From the NCBI GenBank assembly GCA_964035545.1, contig OZ037773.1:10445751-10509750 (forward strand): a stretch of 64,000 nt of DNA, read 5' to 3'. The notes under the pieces were generated by a model. The model worked only from the letters and a program-made list of their open reading frames with translations. It had not been told where the DNA came from and did no database searches. Shown here in pieces: positions 14,601-25,344 of this stretch. Position 1 is the stretch's first letter. The number at the start of each line of letters is the position of its first letter. Source of the DNA: Bugula neritina (lineage: Eukaryota > Animalia > Bryozoa). The position numbers were made by a program, and so were the translations under genes.

Positions 14601-15006
14601 AGGGAGGGATGGATGGTAACACGCGAGATCTTACATCAACTTTTGCTATTTTGAAAGTGCTATTTTCGCCGTCAGAACTATTGGCGTCCATTTCATGAAG
14701 CCAATGCTCAAGTTTTGTTAAAATAGTTTTTCTATCGCCTGCAATACGATCAAATTCACGCAGTATATTTCGCAGCTTCTCCTCACTTATACCTAAACCG
14801 CGAGCTTCTGTTAAATGTTGTTCGGCTTCTTGTACAGTTTGATTGTTTAGAAGCTGTTTTCGCAGCTCTTTTGCGCGAATTAATGTAATGTTGTCCGCCA
14901 ATTCTCGAGTTACTAGCAAATGGAATTCACTAATAATTTCTAATGATATTTTTATATGCTCTAAGTGTTGCTGAACACGCAGCCGTGCGCTATGATAATG
15001 ACTCAT
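8638..15006 (-). CDS. BEL/Pao gag-pol polyprotein (2122 aa): gag, three Cys/His knuckles, aspartic protease, RT, RNase H, integrase
   Basis: Motifs FTGDPLEYADW (Pao gag), CAYC..HHTAHC / CFKCAVSGHSYKNC / CETCKQAHPTIFH, LDSGS, KIRVVFD...YVDD, HTFSDAS...PRLEL...NPAD, H..H..C..C plus DCFGP/SDQGTNF/GGVWER, and a C-terminal WPLARV domain. No internal stops. Confidence 0.97.
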   Translation of the reverse strand: MSHYHSARLRVQQHLEHIKISLEIISEFHLLVTRELADNITLIRAKELRKQLLNNQTVQEAEQHLTEARGLGISEEKLRNILREFDRIAGDRKTILTKLEHWLHEMDANSSDGENSTFKIAKVDVRSRVLPSIPPSDNSKIVKSHASHSSSKSKNSVESERAGPAKSVSVHSSDYQSNHSKSKKSHHSSHHIGNSRHSGASDISSSHAPDSASGSWKTRTTGTSRSSKSNASYYKAQLAKSAAKVAAAEAKFQAECEARQVEEEIQRLELKHKEQILTRKGHIAELKLKAEIDAEKAQLNAFQQALDDELETELRDTLMRPPSRASHNSSKPSPFLHSPHHIDLSNQFPSTGGQPAHDIKQSLMTKEELPHQSPGIHKDPYEQYPQVNSAAHLPTHQNTHPTHTHLQSPNPLTNLTTTDFSAAIGKSIGDSMAAAMTMQANHLPTPDKFTGDPLEYADWKLAFDGLIGSCPYTDLQKLHLLREYVDGDAKQAIRGYFSLQSSNAYQDALHALETEFGSEELIEEQFLDRLEAWPRVTDAKSLKSYSYFLNQCLSASRQISGLKVLDRKRENKKLASVLPNNLQERWLRHAIAEEEKRKVFPSFHKFADFVAHEAKISCSNLREKYKSGSSKTAFKPITKQNNSKHSITLKSETTLPTPIVSKTSELVKNQQKHANKSQHTDSQSAKQQNSLSFDQKQRKEPECAYCLSNKKPRWKHHTAHCWNLAKLSAQQVNDFLASNSLCFKCAVSGHSYKNCNMKPVCETCKQAHPTIFHQKYTSQPTKQADESKMQCSNQNKDSTVCNNLSINTSQTLMSMTLPVWVSSVKDPHTKVLTYANLDSGSDSCYITNSIVEQLTCTKKPTKLPMATMTHQNFELDTMVTDDLIIKGYSCNKEVKLPNVYSAEEIPAKYESIPQAGALTAWPHLQDLAKNMVKGQNISVGLLIGGNCPLAFKPREVVVGNDADDEPFGVRTDLGWVIMGSLATNNTHDDNSGSKTTIVNKTVTHSPKKAKTTVSFKCQTETSKQINKIINILAQDFKECVTDKEAASVEDRAFLSLMKQETKIIDGHVTMPLPFKHKPPRNNSFKTAKNRFNSLLKKFSKNQNLENQYKKFMEDLISKGEAEIVPQGLASHEDSTWYIPHFEVWHPKKPGKIRVVFDGAAKTDGKCINDYLMTGPDYLNSLTGILLRFRQEQIAVTCDIERMFHQFRVATEDTDYLRFFWLDERGEIAVFRMKVHVFGATSSPACATYGLRYLADQYSTDDPSSQQARNFIRNQFYVDDGLLSMPDATSATKVLTEAMRICQQGKVHLHKILSNEKEVLNSFPKSEQSATLHDLDLNSDCLPTERTLGLMWNSEQDSFQFQVNLADKPNTRRGVLSNVASVFDPLGLISPVILQGKMVLQDLCRKHLDWDDPLDESMLAKWLPWKQSLKDLEHLSIPRNYVPSSFGTPAKVELHTFSDASTTGYGQCSYLRFVSPAKRVHVALICSKGRVTPLKAITVPRLELQAARGAVDLSLKAAEELGMDNVAQYFYSDSEVVLGYIKNTQARYHTFVANRVQQIRDGSNADNWFHVPTKLNPADHASRGLSPKQIFSPECIWFTGPDFLWNEPLILPHQKKFINSHDDQEVKVALATQHILAPLSQRITIFSNLDYTLKVIARIQTALCKTPLTQQEKRQKALHSLVKSVQSEFFTLEIKQLQQTQTTSKHSSIAKLCPFLDKAGLLRVGGRLQNSKLLSFEEKHPLLLPKHSHLTTLIINDTHAKLGHLGLEYTLSKIRSQGFWIIGGKSTISSKLRLCVTCKRIKAKPLTPQMATLPSVRVNKAPPFTHCGLDCFGPFIVKDGRKESKRYGLIVTCMASRAVHIELLEDMTTDSFINAIRTVVAIRGPIQTIQSDQGTNFIGAASLLQSDGTDSKLKSMNITMNFNPPHSSNFGGVWERQIRTIRSVLQGLGTRHGGRLSTSLLRTLFYEVMAIINCRPLTSTTDDMLPITPNMLLTMKSDVVLPPPSTFEEADIYARKRWRVVQQLANEFWTRWRKQYLLYLQSRQKWVNKVPEIKVGDIVLLCDDNTVRNQWPLARVVECNLSHDSVVRSVRVLVGSKTYPKDSNKRVYLIRPISKLVVLVRSS

Positions 15007-15719
15007 AGGCTACTGAATTTGAGTGCCAGCCAATGAAATTAATTGCTCTCAAAAAGTTTCTAATGTATGATTGTGCAATAGTGCATGCAAAACTAAGTAG
15101 TATTTGTCTAATATATGTAGCTGAATTTGAAAATTGAATACTGCACCTACTTGCAGTATAAGACTGCCTCTATATGTATGATTTCACTATTACACAAGTA
15201 AATTTGATACCTAGTGTCAGTGATAAATAATATAAAGAACAGATTTACAGAATGAGTATAAGGAAATGATTCCCTATGACTACAAAAAGACAAATATTTT
15301 CAATATTACAATACCCAGAAAAGAAATTATTTTTTAATCAAGTCTTGTGTGATAAAAAATAGTTTCTGTGTAATGTTTGATCAAAGCTAGCAACGTTCTA
15401 CTGAATTCCAATGAGTCTGATACTGCTAATTTGTGTGATTAGCAGTGAATGAATTCTTAGAAGTAATGGTTACTTAGCTGTAACTTGTATGTATGACAGG
15501 AGTGTGAGTGCTGGTTACTATAGTGGTTGGCAGTGTAGCTATTGTTGACAATGCTGGAGACTTGGCAGTAGAGTTGATGGATGCTATACTGATCTAACAA
15601 TGCTGAGGCTGGATCGGTAGTTGTCTTTTCTAGCTGCTGTTTGTCTCGCTGGTCTCAAGTTAGCGCAAGCCACTGGTTATAGGATTAGCAAGCTGTTTAC
15701 TCCAGTCACAAGTTTTCAC

Positions 15720-16463
15720 TGTAAACTATCATCCCTGGTTTGTAAACAGGCACAATGTGGTCTTCAGTCTCTACTGATGTTTTATTGGTAAAACTGTCGT
15801 GAAAACTACAATTAATGAAATTGTGAATATGCTATAATGAATGATAATATGTGATAAAACTTTTATCAGTGATAATTTGACACTAACTAATAAGCTTCAA
15901 ATAAAGAACAAGTCTTGCTATAAAAATCAGTATACACCATCTAAATTATTAAAATTGATATTAAAAAAGGATAATACAAATGCCATAAATGATTGTCAAA
16001 AATACTACAATAGCAATAATTACCTTGTTAGACCATCCAGGAATGGAGCTTATAACTTTGATGTTAATGTAGTAGGTATTTATTCTCTACTTTGACAATA
16101 TTGATTTAAATGCAACAAAATATTTAATATAACATAAGTGAAAAGTTACTCAGCAGTTTATGCTACATGTTAGCTGACTGAAAGTGTAGCATAGAATGAG
16201 AGCTGAGAGTAAAATATACTTCAATGGATGAATCATTTCAGGAAGCTGATGGTGTAAAAAACTATTTATATAACTTAGTCATAGTGAAATCATACACATG
16301 AGGAAATCTTGTTGACTTTCGTGTGCAAATTTGTCATAGCTATAAAAGCAAAACAGCTACATATACATGACTAATGTAATGGTTTTCTAATTATGGGCAC
16401 GTTGGTTAACTTTGTTTGTTTTGATGAGAGCAAGAAATTTCACTGGCATTCCAATTAATTACA
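15720..16463 (-). repeat. 5' LTR of BEL/Pao element (744 bp)
   Basis: Direct repeat of 7847-8590; minus-strand AATAAA at about 15781-15786. Confidence 0.97.
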
Positions 16464-19400
16464 TATACTGTATACAAGATAGTATATTGTATACCTGTAT
16501 AACTATATATACTATATACAAGACAATACATTGTATATCTGTATAACTATATATACTGTATACAAGACAGTACATTGTATATCTGTATAACTATATATAT
16601 ACTGTATACAAGATAGTACATTATATATCTGTATAACTATATATACTGTATACAAGACAGTACACTGTATATCTGTATAACTATATATACTGTATACAAG
16701 ACAGTACATTGTATATCTGTATAACTATATATACTGTATACAAGACAGTACATTGTATATCTGTATAACTATATATACTGTATACAAGACAGTACACTGT
16801 ATATCTGTATAACTATATATACTGTATACAAGACAGTACATTGTATATCTGTATAACTATATATACTGTATACAAGACAGTACATTGTATATCTGTATAA
16901 CTATATATACTGTATACAAGACAGTACATTGTATATCTGTATAACTATATATACTGTATACAAGACAGTACACTGTATATCTGTATAACTATATATACTG
17001 TATACAAGACAGTACACTGTATATCTGTATAACTATATATACTGTATACAAGACAGTACATTGTATATCTGTATAACTATATATACTGTATACAAGACAG
17101 TACATTGTATATCTGTATAACTATATATACGGTATACAAGACAGTACACTGTATATCTGTATAACTATATATACTGTATACAAGACAGTACATTGTATAT
17201 CTGTATAACTATATATACTGTATACAAGACAGTACACTGTATATCTATATAACTATATATACTGTATACAAGACAGTATACTGTATATCTGTATAACTAT
17301 ATATACTGTATACAAGACAGTACACTGTATATCTGTATAACTATATATACTGTATACAAGACAGTACACTGTATATCTGTATAACTATATATACTGTATA
17401 CAGTACATTGTATATCTGTATAACTATATATACTGTATACAAGACAGTACATTGTATATCTGTATAACTATATATACTGTATACAAGACAGTACATTGTA
17501 TATCTGTATAACTATATATACTGTATACAAGGCAGTACATTGTATATCTGTATAACTATATATACGGTATACAATACACTGTATATCTGTATAACTATAT
17601 ATATACTGTATACAATACAGTACATTGTATATCTGTATAACTATATATACTATATACAAGACAGTACATTGTATATCTGTATAACTATATATACTGTATA
17701 CAAGATAGTACATTGTATATCTGTATAACTATATATATTGTATACAAGACAGTACATTGTATATCTGTATAACTATATATACTGTATACAAGACAGTACA
17801 TTGTATATCTGTATAACTATATATACTGTATACAAGACAGTACATTGTATATCTGTATAACTATATATACTGTATACAAGATAGTACATTGTATATCTGT
17901 ATAACTATATATATTGTATACAAGACAGTACATTGTATATCTGTATAACTATATATACTGTATATACAAGACAGTACATTGTATATCTGTATAACTATAT
18001 ATACTGTATACAAGACAGTACATTGTATATCTGTATAACTATATATACTGTATACAAGACAGTACATTGTGTATCTGTATAACTATATATACTGTATACA
18101 AGACAGTACATTGTATATCTATATAACTATATATACTGTATACAAGACAGTACATTGTATATCTGTATAACTATATATACTGTACACAAGACAGTACATT
18201 GTATATCTGTATAATTATATATACTGTATACAAGACAGTACATTGTATATCTGTATAACTATATATACTGTATACAAGACAGTACATTGTATATCTGTAT
18301 AACTATATATACTATATACAAGACAGTACACTGTATATCTGTATAACTATATATACTGTATGCAAGACAGTACACTGTATATCTGTATAACTATATATAC
18401 TGTATACAATACACTGTATATCTGTATAACTATATATACTGTATACAAGACAGTACATTGTATATCTGTATAACTATATATACTGTATACAAGACAGTAC
18501 ATTGTATATCTGAATAACTATATATACTGTATACAAGACAGTACATTGTATATCTGTATAACTATATATACTGTATACAAGACAGTACATTGTATATCTG
18601 TATAACTATATATACTGTATACAGTACAGTACATTGTATATCTGTATAACTATATATACTGTATACAAGACAGTACATTGTATATCTGTATAACTATATA
18701 TACTATATACAAGACAGTACACTGTATATCTGTATAACTATATATACTGTATACAAGACAGTACATTGTATATCTGTATAACTATATATACTGTATACAA
18801 GACAGTACATTGTATATCTGAATAACTATATATACTGTATACAAGACAGTACATTGTATATCTGTATAACTATATATACTGTATACAAGACAGTACATTG
18901 TATATCTGTATATAATTATATATACTGTATACAAGACAATACATTGTATATCTGTATAACTATATATACGGTATACAAGACAGTACATTGTATATCTGTA
19001 TAACTATATATACGGTATACAAGACAGTACATTGTATATCTGTATAACTATATATACTGTATACAAGACAGTACATTGTATATCTGTATAACTATATATA
19101 CTATATACAAGACAGTACACTGTATATCTGTATAACTATATATACTGTATACAAGACAGTACATTGTATATCTGTATAACTATATATACTGTATACAATA
19201 CACTGTATATCTGTATAACTATATATACTGTATACAAGACAGTACATTGTATATCTGTATAACTATATATACTGTATACAAGACAGTATATTGTATATCT
19301 GTATAACTATATATACTGTATACAAGACAGTACACTGTATATCTGTATAACTATATATACTGTATACAAGACAGTACATTGTATATCTGTATAACTATAT

Positions 19401-19650
19401 ATACTGTATACAAGACAGTACATTGTATATCTGTATAACTATATATACGGTATACAAGACAGTATATTGTATATCTGTATAACTATATATACTGTACACA
19501 AGACAGTACATTGTATATCTGTATAACTATATATACTGTATACAAGACAGTACACTGTATATCTGTATAACTATATATATACTGTATACAAGACAGTACA
19601 CTGTATATCTGTATAACTATATATACTGTATACTAGACAGTACATTGTAT
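16464..19650. repeat. 44-bp minisatellite (CTGTATAACTATATATACTGTATACAAGACAGTACATTGTATAT), about 72 units
   Basis: Contiguous tandem units; the BEL element is inserted in the first unit. Confidence 0.97.
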
Positions 19651-19766
19651 GTTTCAGTTGTAATCTGAGTAAAACTGCTTTCAACTGCATAATGTATGAA
19701 TTGATTGTCAAGTATTGACATAGTAATCAATAAATGCTGCAGAGAGAGGAATTTATCTGAATATAA

Positions 19767-20084
19767 GGGGAGTCCCCCTGCATACTATTGTCTAACCTGA
19801 CCAGGTATTTACTCTCATAATAATCTATACAATTTGCAGTCAGCAGTTCAAATAATATATAACAATAGAGCCTTTCTATTGCTGATGTCAGCATGCACAT
19901 ATCACATTAACTTTTGATATTATCACATTTACACTATAGCTATATATGCTATTGCTATATAAATAATGCTATTATCCTATCCTATAACTATTGATTCTCC
20001 AGTATATCATTTTACAGAGTTTAGTCTTTACTTGTTGTCTGAGTAAATAAAAGGGGCACTTTACCTGAAAGTAAGGGGGTCCCC
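19767..20084. promoter_or_regulatory. Pair of kB-consensus-like GC-rich sites (GGGGAGTCCCCC 19767-19778; GGGGGTCCCC 20075-20084)
   Basis: Both match GGGRNWYYCC. Conserved at 43644, 43942, 45497, 49348 (variant), 61479 and 61779. Function is inferred only. Confidence 0.3.
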
Positions 20085-20210
20085 TGTATACATCATCATA
20101 TGACTTATATACTCTCAGTCTATCAGTATAAGTATACATTTTCTTATCAATATGAGTTCTACTTAGTCACTGGAGAGTTTTATTTGATGTCTGCATAACA
20201 TTAAATATAC

Positions 20211-20632
20211 TTCTGCAGTGAATTACACTACATATTTCTGCAGTGAATTACATTACATATTTCTACAGTGAATTACATTACATGTTATTTCTGCAGTGAA
20301 TTACACTACATATTTCTGCAGTGAATTACATTACATATTTCTACAGTGAATTACATTACATGTTATTTCTGCAGTGAATTACACTACATATTTCTGCAGT
20401 GAATTACATTACATATTTCTACATTGAATTACATTACATGTTATTTCTGCAGTAAATTACACTACATATTTCTGCAGTGAATTACATTACATATTTCTGC
20501 AGTGAATTACATTGCATATTTCTGCAGTGAATTACACTACATATTTCTGCAGTTAATTACACTACATATTTCTACAGTGAATTACATTACATATTTCTAC
20601 AGTGAATTACATTACATGTTATTTCTGCAGTG
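20211..20632. repeat. 25-bp minisatellite (TTCTGCAGTGAATTACACTACATAT)
   Basis: Tandem units; paralogous arrays at 49492-50006 and (degenerate) 61915-62190. Confidence 0.9.
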
Positions 20633-21419
20633 TCATATACTCTAAACAGCTAATGGATTCTACATATTGCCATATAAAGCTGCTAAAGTACAATATCAAC
20701 CTATATGTATGGCTCCAGCAGCAGGTCTAACCTCTGTATAGTTTATGGCAGCAAGTGCTGTTAAAAGATGACTTTAGCTACTAGTGAGTAAGAATTACAA
20801 TATTTCTACCTGATTCTGAAATATTGCCAACACTTACCAACAAAACCTTTGACTAAACTGTCATTACTATGTACAGCAGTTTGGAATAGCTAGATATACA
20901 TTCTCATTAGGTTGATACATGCTAATACAAATCATATAATACAATGATATACTTTGCATCAACTATGAGTAAGTGTAGATGTGTATATACTCTGTATTTT
21001 ATGTGTAAGTGTAGATATGTATATACTCTGTATTTTATGAGTAAGTGTAGATATCTATATACTATTGTATCATATGAGTGAGTGTATATATGTATATACT
21101 ACTGTATCTATTTTATATAGAACTTTTTGAAATTACAGTGGAATAGAAGATATGATGTTTTTTCAAATTACTACATAACTTGAGCAGCTGTAACTAATTG
21201 CTTGCTTTTGTAAAATTAAGTGGAAAACTAACTTTATGCTCTACTGATCACTACTACTAAATGTATGAGCCTGTGCTATCTGTTAAGTTCCAGGTACTCT
21301 CTATAATACTAATATCCTATATTGATATACTAACAGACACTGATAGTACTAATATCTTATATGATATGAGGGAAATATCATATCTAAGATGATATATTAC
21401 TACTGGTTTTCTGTTCCAG

Positions 21420-22739
21420 GGGTGTTCACGGGGTACAGCGCCCTCTCCTGGGCTCTGAGCATACCCGAGGACGGGAAGGTTGTAGCACTCGATGTGTCAG
21501 AGGAAGGCGCATCTATCGGGAAGCCATTTTGGAAAGAGGCGGGTGTCGAACATAAGATAGATCTGAGAATAGCTCCGGCTAACAAATCCCTCCATAAGTT
21601 TCTGCGTATTCCAATTCACACTCCTTTATTTTTATTCTCTTGGAGTTATGCTATCTCTCTATATTTACTCTCACTCTGTTGGAGTTATACTCCCTTACTA
21701 GGTTACTTTGTACACACAATGCAACAAAACTCTTATAAAAGGCTATTGAGAAATAAAGCAATATTGTTAAATCTTAAAAGCTGGTGCAATATCACTAGAA
21801 GTTGTCCTCACTTGTCTTACAGAAGAGATGCTAGACTCGGGAGAGGGTGGGTCATATGACTTCATGTACATTGATGCTGACAAGGAAGGCTATGATACGT
21901 ACTATGAACTCGGACTAAAACTCCTACGAGCTGGCGGAGTCATTGCAATTGACAATGTAAGCTAAGCAGTGTAACTATCTAAAGTATCACAACTGTAATG
22001 TGTCACACTGAATTGTAATGTGTCACACTGTATTGTAATGTGTCACACTGTATTGTAATGTGTCACACTGAACTGTAATGTGTCATACTGTATTGTAATA
22101 CGTCGCAATAACTCCAATGTGTCACATGATCATGTCTGATTGATAAACTAGAAACTAAATAGTTTGTATTTCATATTATATGCAGGAAAAACTATTTATG
22201 TTTTGGAATAATATAATTTATTAATTATTATTATTAATATAATTTATGAGTCATACATAACAGGATGTAGACTTGCTGAAATAGACCTATTAGCTATGTT
22301 TATACAGCAGTTTACAATACTTTTAGTTATCTAAACTCTATATGTTTTTTGTCACGCAAATGAAACTGCAGGAAATAAAATTTATTTTGTATCACAGTCA
22401 TGGTAAGTTTATTCCTCAAAAAGTAAACTCGAAATTTAGGTTATAAGAGAACTTAATTATGTATAAATACTGAAGGTTAACTATTTATGCTAAAAAAACT
22501 AAAATGGTGAACTAACATAGAATGGTGGCAAAGCTCAAACATGCAAGATTTACATTTTTACTAATTTAAAATAATTTAATTTGCAGACCTGGTTTTTCGG
22601 CACCTTAGTGGATACAAGTATTAAAAACGAAGGGGTACAAGTACTTCGTGCCCTGAACGAGAAAATTAGAGAAGATGCAAAGGTAACAGCTGTTATGGTG
22701 AATGCAGGAGACGGCATTTTTCTGTGTCTTAAAAATTGA
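21420..22739 (+). pseudogene. Class I SAM-dependent O-methyltransferase (COMTD1/CCoAOMT-like), 3' exons only (21420-21593, 21823-21956, 22587-22739)
   Basis: GVFTGYSAL...VVALD...AGVEHKIDLRIAPA; YDFMYIDADK...YYE...LLRAGGVIAIDN; LNEKIRED...GDGIFLC. The first donor reads ATAAGT instead of GTAAGT, and no N-terminal exons were found upstream. Confidence 0.8.
22015..22127. repeat. 20-bp minisatellite (TGTAATGTGTCACACTGTAT), about 5 units
   Basis: Tandem repeat in a methyltransferase intron. Confidence 0.8.
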
Positions 22740-23943
22740 ACTTTGCAAGTGGATTTCCAAAACAATGTCTGGCCAGTATAAATGTGATAGCTTTAGTATA
22801 TTATTTAGTAATCTTGTTGAGTTGTGTGGTTTGTGTCAGTATAAGTAAGTAGATGTAGTAGATATCTGTAGCTGGAGTTACAATTATTAGTGTATATATA
22901 CAAGTAACAAGTGAAATAGGTATAGAAATTAGGTCAAGTACATGTGTAATTTAGGTCATTGTTTCTTCTGAAGTCATGTTTCTTATTTGTGTCAGTTAAT
23001 TGCATTGTCCTATGTCTTATGTATTAATTAGTAGTGTATTGTCATATAGCGTTTTAATCTCAGTATAGTTATGCTACAGCAAATTTTTCTTGTTTTTGTT
23101 ATATTACTTTTTACTACCAATTTAATGCAAGCAACTAACGCCTCTTATCATATGTATAGTTACATGCAATAAATTGATTCAAATATGAATATAAGAGGCC
23201 TACGTACATGTAGGCAATCCTATTTTCCTGTGGATAATAGACTGGGTTACTTAGTTCACCTCTCGTCTTTGCTTGTCTATCTGTCTGTCTGTCTGTTTGT
23301 CTGTCTGTAAGCTCACTAATTGGTACCTTTCTAGAATGTGCAGAAGATGTAGTTTCTGTTTTAATTGCTGTTACTTATTTAATTAAGAAAAGAAAATTAA
23401 ATCATAACTTGATACTTTAAACACTGTTGGTCACTGCAGACATTAAATTGATTTTCAATTTATATAAATAACTCTGCCATAATTATTATGCTCTGCATTA
23501 GTTGACCCGACCAAACTCAGTTGCTTTCTCGTATAATTGTGGTTGCGAAATGTGTACCTCAGAGTTGTCCTCTCTCTACAAAACCTTCAACCAAATTAAG
23601 TAGATATTTTTTCGTTAGTGTTGACTTTGAAAACTAAAAAAAAAATTTTTTTAATTGATTTGTAATTAATTTTATTTTTATAATTTTTTTCTGTGCAAGT
23701 ATGAGTGTAAAAATGTCGCACTGAAACAATGCCGGAGGGTTTCCTAACCAGATATATTCCGGAGTAAGCTAAGGCTTTAGGATTTATAATATTATTAACA
23801 TAATTAGATTACTTTTATGAAATTTAATTCGAATATATATTATCAAATATGTAATAAAATGTTAAAATTTAGTTAAATTTATTACTAAACGCATGCTCTA
23901 GACTAAGTTAATAAATGCAGTCTTAATTACGTAATTTTAATTT

Positions 23944-24202
23944 GGTAGTAGCACTAGTTCTAGTAGTAGTAGTAGTAGTAATACTAATACTAACAGTAGT
24001 ACTATTACTACTAGTAGTAGTACTACAAGTACTAGTAGTACTAGTACTTGCAGTACCACTACTAATACTACTAGTACTACTACTACTACTAATACTAATA
24101 CTAGTACTCAACAGTACTAGTAGTAGTACTAGTAGTATTACTATTACTACTACTACTACTACTAATACTAGTAGTAATACTATTAGTATTAGTATTACTA
24201 AT
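23944..24202. repeat. Degenerate (TAG/TAC/TAA)n trinucleotide microsatellite
   Basis: Low-complexity triplet repeat. Confidence 0.9.
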
Positions 24203-25049
24203 ACATTGTTACCTGTTCATTGTGTAAATAATTTGCCTCCACTTTACTATCAAATTGATATTATGATTATGATTAATCTAAAGCGTGTAGTTTTATTATT
24301 TTTCCATAATAATATTATATAGTTTCAATTTCTATTTAGTTATTTACCAATGTGATTATGATTATCATTGTCATTATGAGTAATTTCTAATTATCTAGAC
24401 TATTGATAAAAATTAAAATTAAATCTTTAATTGTTACTGATAATGTGAATTTCAAAGTATGCGATAACTTTATAATATTAGAATGATGAATTAATTTCTT
24501 GATACTTTTGCGTTAAACTGATAGTGACACTGAGATACCAGACGGTTGGTGATGATGGCCTCTACAAGAATCGAAACAGACAGTTTCGGAGAGATTACCG
24601 TACCAAACTGCAAGCTGTATGGCGCCAACACAGCCAGGTCTCTCACTAACTTCAAGATTGGTGACCATCGAGATCTCATGCCAGTGAGTTGGTCTCCTTT
24701 GTCACGTTTAGTACTAGTAACTGTTCTCAGCTACTTACTTTGTGTTTTAATATTTGCTACCCTTTGCTCTATGACTGTACTAGTAGCTTAGCATTGCATG
24801 CTAATTGGTTGTAACAATTTGCACTAGGTTAATCTCTGTATCAGCAATAACTATGTACTGTACCAGGCTGAAGTTGTATTCGTTGCTATAGCAACTGTTA
24901 CCATGACTACTAATTAACAGATTGAAGTTGTGAGATGCTTAGCATTACTCAAGAGGGCATCTGCAGAAGTGAACAGAGAGTTTGGTCTGAGGGAAGACAT
25001 TGCAGATCTGATTGTTCAGGCGTCTCAGGAGGTAAGTGCAGGTAACTTG

Positions 25050-25335
25050 CTCACCTGTGTACTACTCACCTGTACAGTACTCACCTGTATACTACTCACC
25101 TGTATACTCTCTACCTGTGAACTACTCACTTGTATACTACTCACCTGTGTACTACTCACCTGTATACTACTCACCTGTACACTACTCACCTGTATACTAC
25201 TTACCTGTACACTACTCACCTGTACACTACTCACCTGTATACTACTCACCTGTACACTACTCACCTGTATACTACTCACCTGTATACTACTCACCTGTAC
25301 ACTACTTACCTGTATACTACTCACCTGTACACTAC
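25050..25335. repeat. 15-bp minisatellite (ACTACTCACCTGTAY)
   Basis: Tandem units in a fumarase intron. Confidence 0.92.
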
Positions 25336-25344
25336 TCTCTACAC

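Larger units (their letters stand above)
7847..16463 (-). mobile_element. Full-length BEL/Pao LTR retrotransposon
   Basis: Two 744-bp TG...CA LTRs (7847-8590, 15720-16463), identical by eye. 5-bp TSD TATAC (7842-7846 / 16464-16468). Purine tract next to the 3' LTR (8591-8600). Single long gag-pol ORF. Confidence 0.97.

Noticed and set aside
16512-18988. Multiple short YTDIQCTVLY-type ORFs (also 42909-43771, 50221-50779, 57120-57362)
   Set aside because: Translations of minisatellite units.
21594-21822. Intron beginning with AT as a possible U12 AT-AC intron (also 26119)
   Set aside because: Lacks the ATATCCT U12 donor consensus and ends in AG; it reads as a mutated GTAAGT/GTAGGT U2 donor.
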